Shown here in pieces: positions 27,917 through 41,683 of a stretch of DNA of 64,000 bases (position 1 is the first letter of the stretch; each line of letters opens with the position of its first letter). This DNA is from Octopus vulgaris. Its lineage: Eukaryota. The stretch lies in the NCBI GenBank assembly GCA_951406725.2, contig OX597815.1, positions 173,228,001 through 173,292,000 on the forward strand, written 5' to 3'. The notes under the pieces were generated by a model. It was not told the DNA's origin, ran no database searches, and saw only the letters and a list, made by a program, of their open reading frames with translations. A program made the position numbers and the translations under genes.

Positions 27917-28347
27917 GTTATTAAGATAGTTTGACTTGGTTCCATGCAGTCATCTTACAGAGAACTAGCTTGTTCAGGCTCAGATTACCAAACAGAAAAA
28001 TACAGGAAGTCCAAGATGTCTACAGGAAAATGGGCTGCTATTTGGTCATGATGTTATTAGAAGTGAGATCTGCATTTCAGCGCCACCAAGGCATCATCAG
28101 CTTCCTATCCAGCCCCACAGTCCAAGAAACTCTTCTTTCTAATGCATCTGGTGTTGCTGAAATACTGATTTCACTTCTAACAACAAAATGTGATCCATCT
28201 TGACCAATGGCAGCCCATTTTCCAGTAGTCATCTTGGACTTCCTGAATTTCTCCATTCAGTAACCTGAGCCTGAGTGAGATAGATTTCTGAAAGAGGTCT
28301 TCAAAACTTAAAGTTGCATGGAGCCAAATCAAACTATTTTAAATAAC
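27917..28347. repeat. About 430-bp imperfect palindrome (foldback/MITE-like)
   Basis: The left arm (caggaagtccaagatgtctacaggaaaatgggctgc; gttattagaagtgagatctgcatttcagc) is the reverse complement of the right arm (gcagcccattttccagtagtcatcttggacttcctg; gctgaaatactgatttcacttctaacaac). Loop about 45 nt. Confidence 0.9.
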
Positions 28348-28359
28348 AATAATAATAAT

Positions 28360-28690
28360 CCTTTCTACTATAGGCACAAAGCCTGTAACTGTGGGGGAGG
28401 CATCTGATAAATTACATCAACTCCAGTGTTTCACTGGTACTTAATTTATCAATCTTGAAAGGATGAAAGGCAAAGTCAACTCTGCACGGAATAGTAATTC
28501 ATTCTTGTTTCTTTATTGCCCACAAGGGGCCAAACATAGAGGGGACAAACATAGAGGGGACAAACGAGGACAGACAAAGGGATTAAGTCGATTACATCGA
28601 CCCCAGTGTGTAACTGGTACTTAATTTATCGACCTCGAAAGGATGAAAGGCAAAGTCTACAGGCACAAAGCCTGAGATTATTGGGGTGGG
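28360..28690 (-). mobile_element. Nested or tandem partial SINE family B copies
   Basis: Two occurrences of ctggtacttaatttatc..gaaaggatgaaaggcaaagtc, plus a repeated ggcacaaagcctg. Confidence 0.7.
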
Positions 28691-29494
28691 GGGTGGGGGG
28701 CAACACACACATTGTGAATAGTTGTGTATACATATACAAACACATACATCCATACTGTCTAAAGCTCTTTCTATTGGTCAGTTTCCTTGTCAATCATATT
28801 TTGATGCTTTTTTTTGTATTTTTTAACAGATGTTTTCAAGGCTAGGGTGTGCTGTTTCCACTACTTTTATCACCACTGCTGTGCCAACTTTTATTACCAC
28901 TGCTGTGCTACTACCACTACCATCACTTGACTATGATGCTAAGATGATTTATAGGTGGAAATATATCCTTGAGAGTGATCCCCTCCACTCTTTATTCTCT
29001 CTCACTCTCTCTCTCTCTTACAAACACACACAAACATACATGTCCAAAGGAACACATGTTACAGCTATTCATTAAAGGACAGAATGACTTTGGTTGGACC
29101 AATTGTTTCGATCCTTTCTGCCACTAAGCAACAGTGACTTAGAAGTTGAATATATTATCAGGTCAAGTAAAGCAAGCAAACAGATGTGTTCAATGCTGTA
29201 ATGAAAAAGCAGCAGGGAAGGCTTGAATAGCTGAAATGTCCTGTATACATATGACATGTGTGAGTGTGTTTTATTAACCTAATAATTTTATAGTATTCTT
29301 ACTTTGACTCTTTTACTTGTGTCAGCCATTGGGCTGTGACCATGCTGGGGCACTGCCCCAAAGATTTTAGCTAATCACCTACTTATTTATAGTTTGGTAC
29401 TTATAGTTATCTGTCTATAATGCTCAACTAAGATATAAAATATAAACACAAACAAAGAATTAACAAACTGTATATTTTCAGAGTTCTATATACT

Positions 29495-29724
29495 TTAACC
29501 CTTTGGCATTCAGATTCCTCTGGCAAAAGTAATGCCTTTTTTATTCACATTGCTTTCAATAAAAAATGCATTATCTCATAGCTTCAAGATTCTCATGTTG
29601 GGATTGTTTTATTTTTAGAATGACATTGCTGAGTAAGTATGAGAAGCTGGATCTGGTTGGTGTGAACATAAAACAGATAGAATATTTGGGCCTCATATGG
29701 CCAGTTTAAATACTAAAGGGTTAA
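29495..29724. mobile_element. piggyBac-type MITE with TTAA target-site duplication (second family)
   Basis: TTAA-ccctttggcatt ... aatactaaaggg-TTAA. Confidence 0.75.
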
Positions 29725-30159
29725 AAACAATTAAATGGAACATAGTGTTAAAGTAAAGTTATCTAAGGACATTCATGAAATCTGAGCCACAATTAATAGA
29801 GAGACAATTTAATAACCTATTACATGTGTTGACCCTCTTTCCTTTGTGCAGCTGAAAGAGGCAGATTTGTGACTGAAATAAGCTTCTTGCAAGTCACCAT
29901 ACATTTATTTAATGTTGGCAAAAGTTCTTAGCAGCAAGTTTTGATTTTGAGGAGAAATTTAATCTAATTTTAGCATCGTTTAGAAATGATATCTGAACGG
30001 GGCAACTTTTTGTGTGGCTTTGATTGATTGTAAAAACTTTATCATAGACACTATATAATAAAGTTATGCTCTAAGTTATAAAGGTAGCATGGAGTAAATA
30101 AATACTCCATTGAATAGTATGGAGATATAATCCAAAAGAAAATAATATATCGATATCAT

Positions 30160-30670
30160 TTAAGAAACTCTCAAAACTGGAACATAGTTGTATTCTTTAT
30201 AAAAATCAACAATTTTCTATTTTTTCTTTCCACAAGTACTTGCGAAAATACGTATTTAATACACTTGATAAATGTGGTTGTTTATCATAAGAAGCATCTG
30301 AAGTAAACTGAAATGAGGATTTCGAGTGAGAATTTGCCAAAAGAGAAATGAGAAATGGCAAAAAATATATATATCAAGTGTAATAATGATAGTGTTTTAC
30401 AAGTGTTATCGCAGAGAAATCCTCTTCAAAATGATTTGTAAGACATCAGCACTAAAAGCTCTGACCTAAATTGTTATGAGAAGATGGATAGCAACTGCCA
30501 TGTTAACCCAAGCAAAACCTATTAGCAAGAAAGGAAATATTCCGATTGCTTCCAACATGTGAATTGTGGTATATTAATCCATAATCAATAGTACGAGTGG
30601 GGTTGGGAAGTAAAATTAAGTTGTAGAGGTAGGAGAGAGATATGTGCATGTGCAGAAAAATAAAATATGC
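30160..30670. repeat. Copy A of a diverged direct duplication (about 500 bp)
   Basis: Shares blocks cagagaaatcctcttcaaaatgatt, gccatgttaacccaagcaaaacctattagcaaga and tgcttccaacatgtgaa with 31850-32360. Confidence 0.85.
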
Positions 30671-31849
30671 TTAGAAAAATAGTATACCAGAAAACAAATT
30701 TTTGTTTTGTCTTTCAAATTACAAAATAAAATTAGATTACAGAAACTAAACACAACGGAACATAGAACAAGATGAAGACACTTTTGTGACTTTCAGAATA
30801 GTTATTTGACCAGAAACAAAGAATAAAAGTCAGTTATTTATTGCAAGGTGAAAGTGTAAAAACTGAAATAAAAGGTTTGGAAAGCTAGTGTGTATATGCA
30901 TACTAGCAGAAGTTGTTGAATGTATACGAGTGTGTGTGTGTGCAGATATGTGAGCGATTTTGTTTGTAAATCTCAAACCTGTCAAATGAATGTCAGTATA
31001 ATAAAATGAATGTAAAACTGAATGATGATGGTACATATATGTAAATTGATAAATAACCTTTATCACCTTCAATGTAATTTTGAAAAATCTTTTTACAGTG
31101 AAGGAATTTCAGGACTTAAAGTCCAAGTGAATATTTTGAAATCAATAGTAGTTGTATTGTAACTTTAGTTGATAGTGGAGTTAATTAGTAACTGAGGAAT
31201 ATCTGAACTTAAAATAATCATCTTGTTCATGTGCAAATATTTGAAGAGCATTCTATTGAAAGCTACACAGCAGTGCCGGTCTGGTAAAGATTTATTTTGG
31301 TAAGAATAACTTATCCAAGTGACCTCAATGATTTTTAATTATCAAAATTAACAACTAGCGTATCTTTTATTTGTATTCAATTATCAAAATTGTACTTCAA
31401 CCAAACACACACACAATGCTGTTGATGAATTAATTGATGCTTAGATTCCTTGTCTGAAACTGTACAATATGTGAAAAGGAAGGCTGGTACCAATAACTCG
31501 TACATCCAATTTATGCTTGTTTACATAAGTTTCTATATTTAAAAAAAAACTCACACATACTCTATAAATGCCTACACACACAAAGTTTATTCACAAGAAT
31601 GTGTCTGCGTAAGGAATATATTTAATATCTCTCATATTATGTAGGTACATGAAGTAATATGCATGAATCTGTACCTTGCTAGCCCCACCCCAAACTGAAA
31701 GCAAATGTAGAAACTAGTTTGGAACACAGATGGTAAAGCAAAAGAGATGGGTAGGATATTTTACAAACATACACTGCTTTAAATAAGCCTGTTGTAAAGG
31801 TTATTCAGTACAACAGATGCTTCTACAATGTGTGCGTGATATTAGATAT

Positions 31850-32360
31850 CAATCAAGACAACTTCAAAATGGGAATACAGTTGCATTTCTGATGAAAAAC
31901 CAAACAAATCTATTTCTAGCTTTTCACTCAGCTGCTTGTAAAAAAGTATTTAATACAATAATACACTTGACAAATATGATTAGTTATCAAATAAAGAATC
32001 TGAAGTAAATTGAAATGAGGACTTCCATCAGAATTTGTTGAAAGAGAAAAGAGAAATAGTAGTGGAAAAAACCATGTGTCACAATGAGTGTTTCACAAAT
32101 ATATCTCAGAGAAATCCTCTTCAAAATGATTCTGAAGACACCAGCACTAAATGTTGTGACCTACATTGCTATGAGAAGATGGATGGTTTTTTGCCATGTT
32201 AACCCAAGCAAAACCTATTAGCAAGAAGAGAAATATTCAAAATGCTTCCAACATGTGAAATAATCAGTTGTATGATGAGGTGGAAAAGAAAAAAAGAAAT
32301 ATAAGGGGCAGGGAAAATAATTTAAGCATATGCATACAGCAGAAATAAAATAGAAAGTTA
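31850..32360. repeat. Copy B of the diverged direct duplication
   Basis: Same blocks in the same order as copy A, offset by about 1.7 kb. Confidence 0.85.
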
Positions 32361-34789
32361 GGTAGGAGTTAAAACGTCTGGATAGAAAACCACTAAGATT
32401 TAGATACTAGTTAATGACAAAGGCTAAAAAAGACCACTGACATCAGAACGCTAGTAAGAGAGAAGTAGGATATCAATAACCAGTGCAAAATTAGAGTATA
32501 TAATACGGATATAAAAACTATGAAATTTTAGGTTCAGTAAAAGCACTCAGCTTCCATGATCTTAGGACCATAGACTGCTTGGCTAGTTTGCTTGCTGTAG
32601 CAGTAAATTTATGTCTTCTGTGTAGGAAATTTAGAAATAGCAGTAAAATTAATGACAGTATTGTGGTTAGGTTTTAAGGGTTATAGAATAAGTTTGGAAG
32701 ACTATAATCACTGTTAGCAGCAACAAAGTTTCATGAAAGGCACACTTTATGAAGTACTTTATGAATCGAAATACTGCACAGATGTAAATGGAAAGCATCT
32801 AGGCAGAAGAATGAGTTGATTATTATTGTTAGATATACAAATGTTAACTTATGAGGAAGAATAAGTTTGAGTTGAAAAAGTGACTGAACATCAAAGACAT
32901 TATGTAAGATAAGAAAATGACTGGTTAGGTATGGCTTTGTCATGTGAATCAATGATATGTTCTGGGCAAAAAACATATCATAGGTTTGTAGTGAAAGTTA
33001 CTTTTAATAGCCACAGATAAAGAAGAGAGGTGAGGGAAAAGTAGGTGCTCATTCAGACTTGAGAGTTATTATTATGCGATAATACAGGATAAACATGAAT
33101 GGAAAGCTGCTGCATTACAGACACCTACAATCCTTATCAGCATGGAGAAACAGATATGATGATGATGGTTATTATGAAGTAAAATGACATGTCAAAATGA
33201 CATACTGAACACTTCTTTATTGGCAACCAATAATGTTTACACCATTTTATACCAGAACTTTTCTTTTGTAAATGCAAAGGTGACAGACCAACATACAAAA
33301 TTAAATAGAATGACACACACATATATGAGTGAGTGAGAGAGAGAGTGTGTGTGTGTGTGTGTGTGAGTATGCGCGTGCACACACATGCTTATATTTCACC
33401 TACATATACATCTTACTTTTCCTTCTCAAATACATTAACATAAATCTTTTTTAACAAACATACCCCACTGCCTACAGATTACGCAAATAAAACTATACAA
33501 CAAAATTCAAGGAGACTTTTATAACTCTCTTTTGATTTCACAGTCAACTTTAATAAAATGTAGAGGAAAATTACAACAACCTTATTAAGTAATTAATAGT
33601 TTCCATATTCTAAAAACTGTTCCAAGAATTCCAAATCCACTCTAATCTCTAAGATATTTGGCAGCTCCCTTGGTAGGGGTAAGTTAATGAAAGTTCAGAT
33701 GACATGAATTATCTTTGAAATAGCTTCAATAAAATAGCAACAGATCACTGATTACACCTGACATTTTTTTTTCATAATTTAATGCAAGCTTAAGTCTTAT
33801 ATTTGTAAGAAAAATGACATGCAAAGATAGATATCAAAGGAAACTAAATAACTACTTTATCTATGAAAGATCAATAAATAATCTTTTAGATTTCTATTTC
33901 TTACCGAGTAGCAAGATAAATATTTTGTAATATGTTCTATAAATTTCAATGTTTAAAAGTCATAAAATTCAATTAATGGTCAAAAGAAAATTTCTTATAA
34001 TCAAGCAAGCTGTCAAATATATACAGTTAAGCACAAGTGCACACATGCTCACAAGAATAGTTTTGATCTATTCTTCTCTGCTATAGCAGTTAAATACACT
34101 GTACAATAATATATGTCCTTAAAACCAATAAATAAAAGTAATGGTACATAAGCATTACATCAAAGAATAGATGATAAGATTTTATTGTATGCTATTGCTA
34201 AGTGATCAATCCTTGAAGATACAGCTCATTTGGCATACTGACATTTGAAACAGCTTTTTGTAATTTGGAAGTGCAGATCATGAGGTTGACTTCTATATTC
34301 ACATTTCATCATAAGAATTTAATTTCGAAATACATGAAATAAGCTAGTTTGTCACACAATAAAATAATGTAAAGGAGTTAACGATTTTCGAAATATAAAC
34401 TGATATTAATTAAATAATTTTAACAATTTAAAAAAAAAAATGCATACAGAATATATTTGCTAAGTTTAAATTAAGATGGAAAACTAGTCTTTTTTTTAAA
34501 AATTAAAGTTATTTGCAGTGCATCATAGCTTGACAAAATTAAATATATATATATATATATATATATATAAAGAGAGAGAGAGAGAGAGAGAGAGATTTGA
34601 CACCAGTATTTGATTGGTGTTTCATTTACTAATTGTAGAATGATGAGTCAAAGTAATTTCCATGAGATTTGAATTATAGCACTGAAAAATGGAACAAATA
34701 TTGCTAGGCATTCTACCCAAGTTTTAATGGACTTTGCCCGTTTCTTGCTTGGCCATTAATGTGCAGTTTACAAAATTTTATATGTATCT

Positions 34790-35102
34790 TTTATCCTTTA
34801 CCAGTTTCAGTCAGCAAACTGTGGCCATGCTGGGGTGCTGATTTGAAGAATTTTTACCCTAGTACTTATTTTCTTGTTAAGCCTGGCACTTATTCTATTA
34901 GTCTATTTTGCTGAACTCCTAAGTTACAGGGATGTAAATAAAGCAACACCAGTTGTCAAGCAGTGGTAAGGGACAGACAGACACAAAGGCACACCAGATC
35001 CACTCCCAAGGTTTTGGTCAGCCTGAGGTTATAGAAGATATTTGCACAGTGGGACCGAATCTGGAACCATGTGGTTGGGAAGCAAGCTTCTTACCCTGTG
35101 CC
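34790..35102 (-). mobile_element. SINE family A copy with internal deletion
   Basis: gtttcagtc..tgtggccatgctggg...ggaaccatgtggttgggaagcaagcttcttacc. Confidence 0.7.
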
Positions 35103-35134
<32 letters not shown>

Positions 35135-35136
<2 letters not shown>

Positions 35137-35860
35137 GGGTGCAATGGGTAAATTGTCGCTACTTTATATTTTCAGTTTTGCGCAAGCACACTTGTTTTTG
35201 ATTTTGTGGACTACACGGTATAGTAGGGGCAGCTGGGCACAGTCTATGAGAAAAACAGCACCAATTCACTGTCAAAAATTTGGAAACAACATGCTGTACT
35301 ACTTGGCATTTGTGCTCGATGTGATAAAAATCAAACATCTAGTCAACACCATGGTATTTGTGATCATTAGTGATGGTGATGTTATGCCTCCATTCATCTT
35401 TCCACATGGCCTTAGACTTAACATGGAGGCCTACATCAAGAACCTGGAGGAGGTAGTGCTGGTCTTAGTCAAGAGGGTGGCTGCTGGAAGACCCTATGTC
35501 TGGCAACAGGACTCTGCACCATGCCACACAAGCAGGAGAACCCAGTCATGGTTGTCAGACAATTTCTGTGACCACATCACCCCTAGCATCTGGCCACCTA
35601 ACTCCCCAGACTGCAGCCACCTTGATTATTATGTGTGGGGTGCAGTAGAGTGAGATACCAATAAAACTCCTTGTAACACCAAAGATGAACTGAAGGCAAG
35701 GATTATGGCAGCGTTCACCAACTTAAACAATGAGACTGTCCGGGAAATTCTGAAGTTGTCTGGAGGTTGTGGTTGAAGCCAATGATGATTTTATTGAATA
35801 AATTTACTCTTTAGTATTTCAAGATATTTTAATGTAATTTTGGTAAATATATCTGTTAAA
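35135..35860 (+). mobile_element. Internally deleted Tc1/mariner transposon, DD37D (maT) type
   Basis: YVWQQDSAPCH...WPPNSPDCSHLDYYVWG, with 37 residues between the last two catalytic Asp. Starts cagggtg after a TA/CA repeat; C-terminal remnant ends at about 35800. Confidence 0.85.
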
Positions 35861-36875
35861 ATGATATCCTCCTCATCATCATCATTTAACGTCTGCTTTC
35901 CATGCTGGCATGAGTTGGACGGTTCAACTGGGGTCTGGGAAGCCAGAAGGCTGCACCAGACCCAGTCTGATCTGGCAGTGTTTCTACAGTTGGATGTGAG
36001 TGTTATTTTCATTTTCGTGTAATTTAAATGACAATTTATTCACTGCACCTTATGTTTGTGTATATATATAAGTGCAGGCATGGCTATGTGGTTAAGAAGT
36101 TTGCTTCCCAACCATGTGGTTTGGGTTCACCTCATTACATGGCTGACACCTTGGCAAAATGTTTTCTACTACAACCACATGCTGACCAAAACTATGTGCA
36201 TGTGTATGTAGGTGTGTGCGTATGTATATATGTATCTATCTATCATTTCTCCTATCAACAAATGATTATCACATGTTCACTTTGAGTATGTAAAGCTATG
36301 TAAAATGAGAGATCCCACGTCTGAAAAACAAGGGTTTTCAGCTGAAAACAATGCTATAATAATATATTTGGCTCACCATGCTAACATGGAAAAACAGACA
36401 TGGAACAAACGATAAATATGTATACTTAAGCTACACACACATACAGAATCAAATATGTTTTGTTCATCAATATATAAATCTGATGTCGATATACACGCAC
36501 ATACAAACATACATGCACACATTTCACAAGTATCAGAACTGTTATAAAAAAAAAAACACTTCAGGTATAGGTGGCAATATCAACAATAATAAAAAGAACA
36601 GTAGTAGAAGGATGAGTGGCATGAGATACTGAAGGGGAAAAGGATAGGGAAAACTGGTAGCTGGAGAAGGGACAAAGAGAAAGAAAATGAGAGAACAATA
36701 ATCAGTGGCTACCTGTCTGTATATATGTATTTACACATCAAACATACATGTGTGAATGTATGTATGTATGTATGTGTGTGTGTGTATATAGGGTATAAAT
36801 AACTACCACATTATAAATACTATGACTTATGCATATGTATTTACACTCAAATATACATGTATGTATGTGTGAGTA

Positions 36876-36909
<34 letters not shown>

Positions 36910-38258
36910 GCACAGAGGGTACAAATAAAGTAACTACTGCATTGTTATAAGTGCTATGACTTAAAACATTAAAAATCAGTTATGGCATCAGCAATGCTCA
37001 CTAAAATCTGCACAGCACAACACATCAACACATACACACACACACAATCATTTTTGCTGCTACCGCCGTTGCCACTACCACCACCATAGCTATTGGTTTT
37101 ATGTCTGTTGGTATGGGTTTGCAGAAGTTGCTGAGACTGTATTCTATGACAATATGCTTTTATTGTTGCCAGCCCTTATATTTTAAGTAATATACTTTTA
37201 TTCTACTTGTCTTCACACATAATTAAAACTACTGAGCTATGGTACATATTGTTTATGAGAGATATATAAAGTCATTGTTTTAGTTCAGACAATGGCAATA
37301 TGAGACACACAGACATATGCATACAGATAGATGGATGGATGGTGCTCCATTTGTTCAATGATGAGGATTCAGTTGTTTGATTAACTAAATCACCTACTTC
37401 TGAATTAACATGTAAGTAGCTGGGCATTATCCTTTCTCCTACATTAGCCTGTCATGCAGATTACATTGTTTCTCCTATTATATACAGGCTTCATTCACCC
37501 TCTCAACCAAGTTCATCTTTTCCCATAGCTCTCTTCTTTTTAACTTATTGGTCATATCGCCTTGAATAAATGGAGACTGCCTAGAGTAGCAAGGATAAGG
37601 CAACTTATCAGCATTGTTGCCGTAATAAAACATTTGGTAGCGAGTACAATGTAATGTCAAGAGGACTGAAATAGTATTGAGGGTATGATAACCTCTCTAG
37701 TGTTGGTGTCATGACAAAAATGCACCCAATACACTCTGTAAAGCAGTTTGTGTTAGGAAGGGCATGTAGTAATAGAATCTAAGCCAACATAGAATGTAAG
37801 ATGTGACCCATCTAGGAGGCCATTGAAAAATAATTGACTCAGTTTACAATGATCTATCTAATCAATGCTAGCACAGAAAGAGACACAAAATGATGATAAT
37901 GATGTTTGAATTTACAAACAAGAAGTACTCAATATTGACATGTATGCATGTGTATATAAATAAATATATTTATAGGCAAATGCAAGATGCTGTCATGGAA
38001 TACAAATCAGTTTGTGAATGGCAGAATCATGTTTGTTTAATTGAAAAGCATTCACTAAAAAAGTTATAGTTTAAACATATTTCATATTAACATCATATAT
38101 TTCAAATATTATCGACAATTCAAAAGGCATTTGATTATGAAACATAAAATCCGTTCTTTCTACAAAAGTTGGAAATTCAGATTCATCATCATAAATAAGT
38201 GTAGAGATTATATCTTCAAAAAGTAGAATAAAAAGAAAAACAATTTTGAACAACTTAC

Positions 38259-38463
38259 ACATCATAAGCATTCAACACCCAGTTCAAACTTAGGTCAACA
38301 CACAAAGGTACATTCACTAATGTAGGATGTAAGTCAGCGATTCCTTCATACATAGAGTTCAAACAAATGATGATATCTATAACATCAATGAGTTTATCAT
38401 TTTCATCTTTCAGGCCATGTTGGTCGAAAGAATCCACTGCCATACTCATTTCCAAAAGATCCA
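38259..38463 (-). CDS. DMD: Dystrophin coding exon, 205 nt (EF-hand region; human exon 65 equivalent)
   Basis: ttttcag|TGGATC...GATGT|gtaag. DLLEMSMAVDSFDQHGLKDENDKLIDVIDIIICLNSMYEGIADLHPTLVNVPLCVDLSLNWVLNAYD(V), containing the hallmark VNVPLCVDxxLNWxLNxYD. Confidence 0.96.
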
Positions 38464-40741
38464 CTGAAAAAATATACATATACAGTTTTGTGAGGACAGG
38501 AAGAAATTGCATTAATTTTACAAGTATATAACACAATATTTTGGTGAAAACTTTAACTAAGTTCTTAATTGGAGTAATCTCCATGTTAAAATAGAAGGTA
38601 ACTCCATATATCAGTTTCAATACAGATGTTTTGTTATGCATTTTGTTAAGTAAAAATTATATCCTTCACCATCATTGCTACAATAAAGTTAAGCAGAGTT
38701 GAGATCTCTTTTCAGCCATCCAGGATCAATAAAATCAATGTCTAGTGTGCACTGAAACTAATTAGATGTAAACATAGGTGTGTTGTTAAAAGTTTGTTGG
38801 GCAACTATGTGGTTTTGGGTTCAAGCCACTCATGCAGTACCTTATGCAAGTAAGTATTATCTACAATAACATTAGGCTAATCAAAGCATGTTGAAGCAAG
38901 AGCCCTTGATCTTGAGTAGTAGACTTGATCCATCACCTAGTTTAAAACCACCAACTGGTCCTCAGGCATTGTAGCTGAATCTATTCTACTGTAAACATAT
39001 AGACAGGATCACTGTTCTGAGGGGAATTTCCTCCTATTAATACAGGAGGTTTTGAAAAGGCTCATAGATTTTCTTAACTATGACTACCCCCACCAAAAAA
39101 AACAAATCAATTAGCCCTTACATTGCACTCTATAAACAATTTTTACTTTGTATCAGTAAAGAGACTGGTGGAATCTTTTTAATTCATTATAAAAGATGAT
39201 AACTGAACAAAAATATAAACACTTGAGCCAATTTCAGGGGATGTCAAAATTTCTGAGTTTATAATATCTTTATATACATTAATGGAATTTCATAAGTCCA
39301 ATGTTTTTAATCTAGAGATTTTAACTCAATACAATCACTCACAAGTGATTCCTTATTCAGAATAAGTCTAGAGCTTTATACAAATGTATCTGGTAAAGAT
39401 TTAAAAAAAAAATAAGCTTTTAAAATCAAAGGGTGAGGTTTTGAAAGAATCTAATTGAATTTAGAGAAATGTCAAACATTTTTTCTGATCCATAACCCCC
39501 AAGAATTTGGATTAATTTTAATTACCATCATAAAATATTCTCAGAGTCTAAAAAATATCAGAATAAAAGTTATATCAAATTTCAAAAGTAAAAAAATAAA
39601 GAAAATAATTGTAAAAATTGGATCTTTTATAAAATTATTTCTGGACCAAGTAAAGAATCATTACATTACAAAACACAGTTTCTTTCTATTCTATACTGAC
39701 AATTAAGTATGTGTGTGTATATATATATATATCACAATGTTTACTCTCTGTTTAGCAAATAATTACGTTATATACATGTGCAGTTATGGCTACATGGTTA
39801 GGAAATTCATTTTGCAATCTCATGGATCTGTGTTTGATCCTACAGTATGAGGGTAAAGTGTCTTTATGTCTGTGTCTCTGTGTTTATGTCTACATGGGTG
39901 TTGTTTATGTCTACATGGGTGTTGTTTATGTTGTGTCCATTTAGGTTCTCTAACTTAGCAGTCTGACAATTAGAATTCAATAAAATAAGTACTTGACAGA
40001 AATAGAAAGTAGGATTGATCTCATTGACTAAAACTTTGAAGAGAGTTGTGCTAGTATGACCTCAGTTTAATGACTGAAAATGACTAAAAAAGAAATAAAT
40101 AATACCATTATCAAGGGTTGTTGAATTACATCCAAGCTGCCAAGCAGAATATTACTTTACAATAAATCATTCAGGAAAAAAATGATACTACAAAGTTGAT
40201 AGTTTGAGGCAAGACATAATTATCCAACTGACATAGTGGTGCCATACCATAAGCTTTTATTTCACCCTATTAAAAAGGTTCAAGTGCTTAGTAGCTTCAG
40301 CACTTAAGTACAGAGAAAAAAAAAATTTTTTTAGTTCTTCAACAGAATTCCTAAGCAGAATGTGTCCAACAAATAAAGATGAAATAAGAGATTAAGTTTG
40401 TTCAGGAGTCAATAAATATCCTACTTATATGAGAAAAAAATGAAAAAAAAAAAAATTCTAATTTTGATTAGGTAAGGAGTATTGTTGACTGATTAAATCT
40501 TAGAATATTATTGCAGCTCATTTTAATCAACTCCAGACTGGATAAATGGTATAGAAAACTTCAGTAAAATTTGAAATATGAACTAAATACTTTAAAGTAT
40601 GTAATCTAGATGTTACTATCTGCACAATCTCTGAAAGTATTAAACAACAGAAATCAAAAGATGATAAACTATGGAAATCAATTTGGCTGTGATTGAGGTC
40701 TTAAACTGCAAGTGTATTAAAGGTATAGATTATTCACTTAC

Positions 40742-40816
40742 TACAAAGCTTCTTCTGTAATAATCGTAGTTTCATAGCTGTCCGATAGGCGGCAAAACGG
40801 ATATTGTTGAAGTCAG
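40742..40816 (-). CDS. DMD: Dystrophin coding exon, 75 nt (EF-hand region; human exon 64 equivalent)
   Basis: ttccag|CTGAC...TGTA|gtaag. (A)[24 protein letters not shown](M) vs human [24 protein letters not shown]. Confidence 0.96.
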
Positions 40817-41279
40817 CTGGAAGATAAGATTAAAAAAGCTGTATAAATACACACATACACATATAAATATTGAAACACATAAAAATATTGACTCATCTAA
40901 CTTATATTTAGGAAATCACTTTAGAAAGACCTTAACAGGCTATGGACATATCCAATTTTCTGAATAATGTGTAACACACTTTAGTAAAATTATTACACTT
41001 CTAGCAAGACTTTTTCCAAAGCTAATGGTGTGTTTGTTTGTGCTAATTTTTTGTGATTATTCTTTAAAAATATACAAGTGAAATGCTATAATTCTTGTAA
41101 TCTTTTTAACAGCATTAACATAATAGCACTAAAATCATTAAATACCTGGTATAATTAAGAGTCACAAATTTTTTGGTTGAAATCATAATTTTTGGACATA
41201 AAAAGTTTAAAGAAAAAGAGTGAAAAGGAATTTAATAAAAAAAAAAGTTGTTATTCATTTGAATAGGTAGGATACATAT

Positions 41280-41585
41280 ACATGTGGTAAAGTAGCTGGC
41301 TTTGTTTTAAGGTCAGTCCCACTGCATGGCACATTCAGTGTCTTCTACTATAGCCCAAGGCTGACCAATACTTTGTGAGTGAATTTGGTAAGTAGAAACT
41401 GTGTGGAAGCCTGTCATATACATGTGTATGTGTGTGTGTGTGTGTGCACGTGCATGTGTGTGTGCACGTGCGCGTGTGTATTTGTCTTCCACCACCACTT
41501 AACAACTGATGTCAGTTTGTTTACATCTCTGTAACTTAGCTGTTCAGCCAAAGAGACCAATACAGTAAGTATTCGACTTAAAAAT
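41280..41585 (+). mobile_element. Diverged SINE family A copy
   Basis: gtgtcttctactatagcccaaggctgaccaatactttgtgagtgaatttgg...ctgtaacttagctgttcagccaaagagacc aligns with the family A body. Confidence 0.75.
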
Positions 41586-41621
41586 AAAAAATAAAGATAA
41601 AAGATATAAAAAGCAACGAAC

Positions 41622-41683
41622 CTAGAACATTCAACAGCTCTGTCATTTTAGGGTGGTCCCAATGAGTGGTTTCAGTAGCATGG
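41622..41683 (-). CDS. DMD: Dystrophin coding exon, 62 nt (WW domain second half; human exon 63 equivalent)
   Basis: ttttcag|CCATGC...CTAG|gttcg. (N)[20 protein letters not shown](A) vs human [21 protein letters not shown]. Confidence 0.95.

Noticed and set aside
38071-38271. 66-aa ORF overlapping the end of the exon 65 equivalent
   Set aside because: Different frame from dystrophin; in-frame read-through stops immediately (GTG TAA); no recognisable homology.
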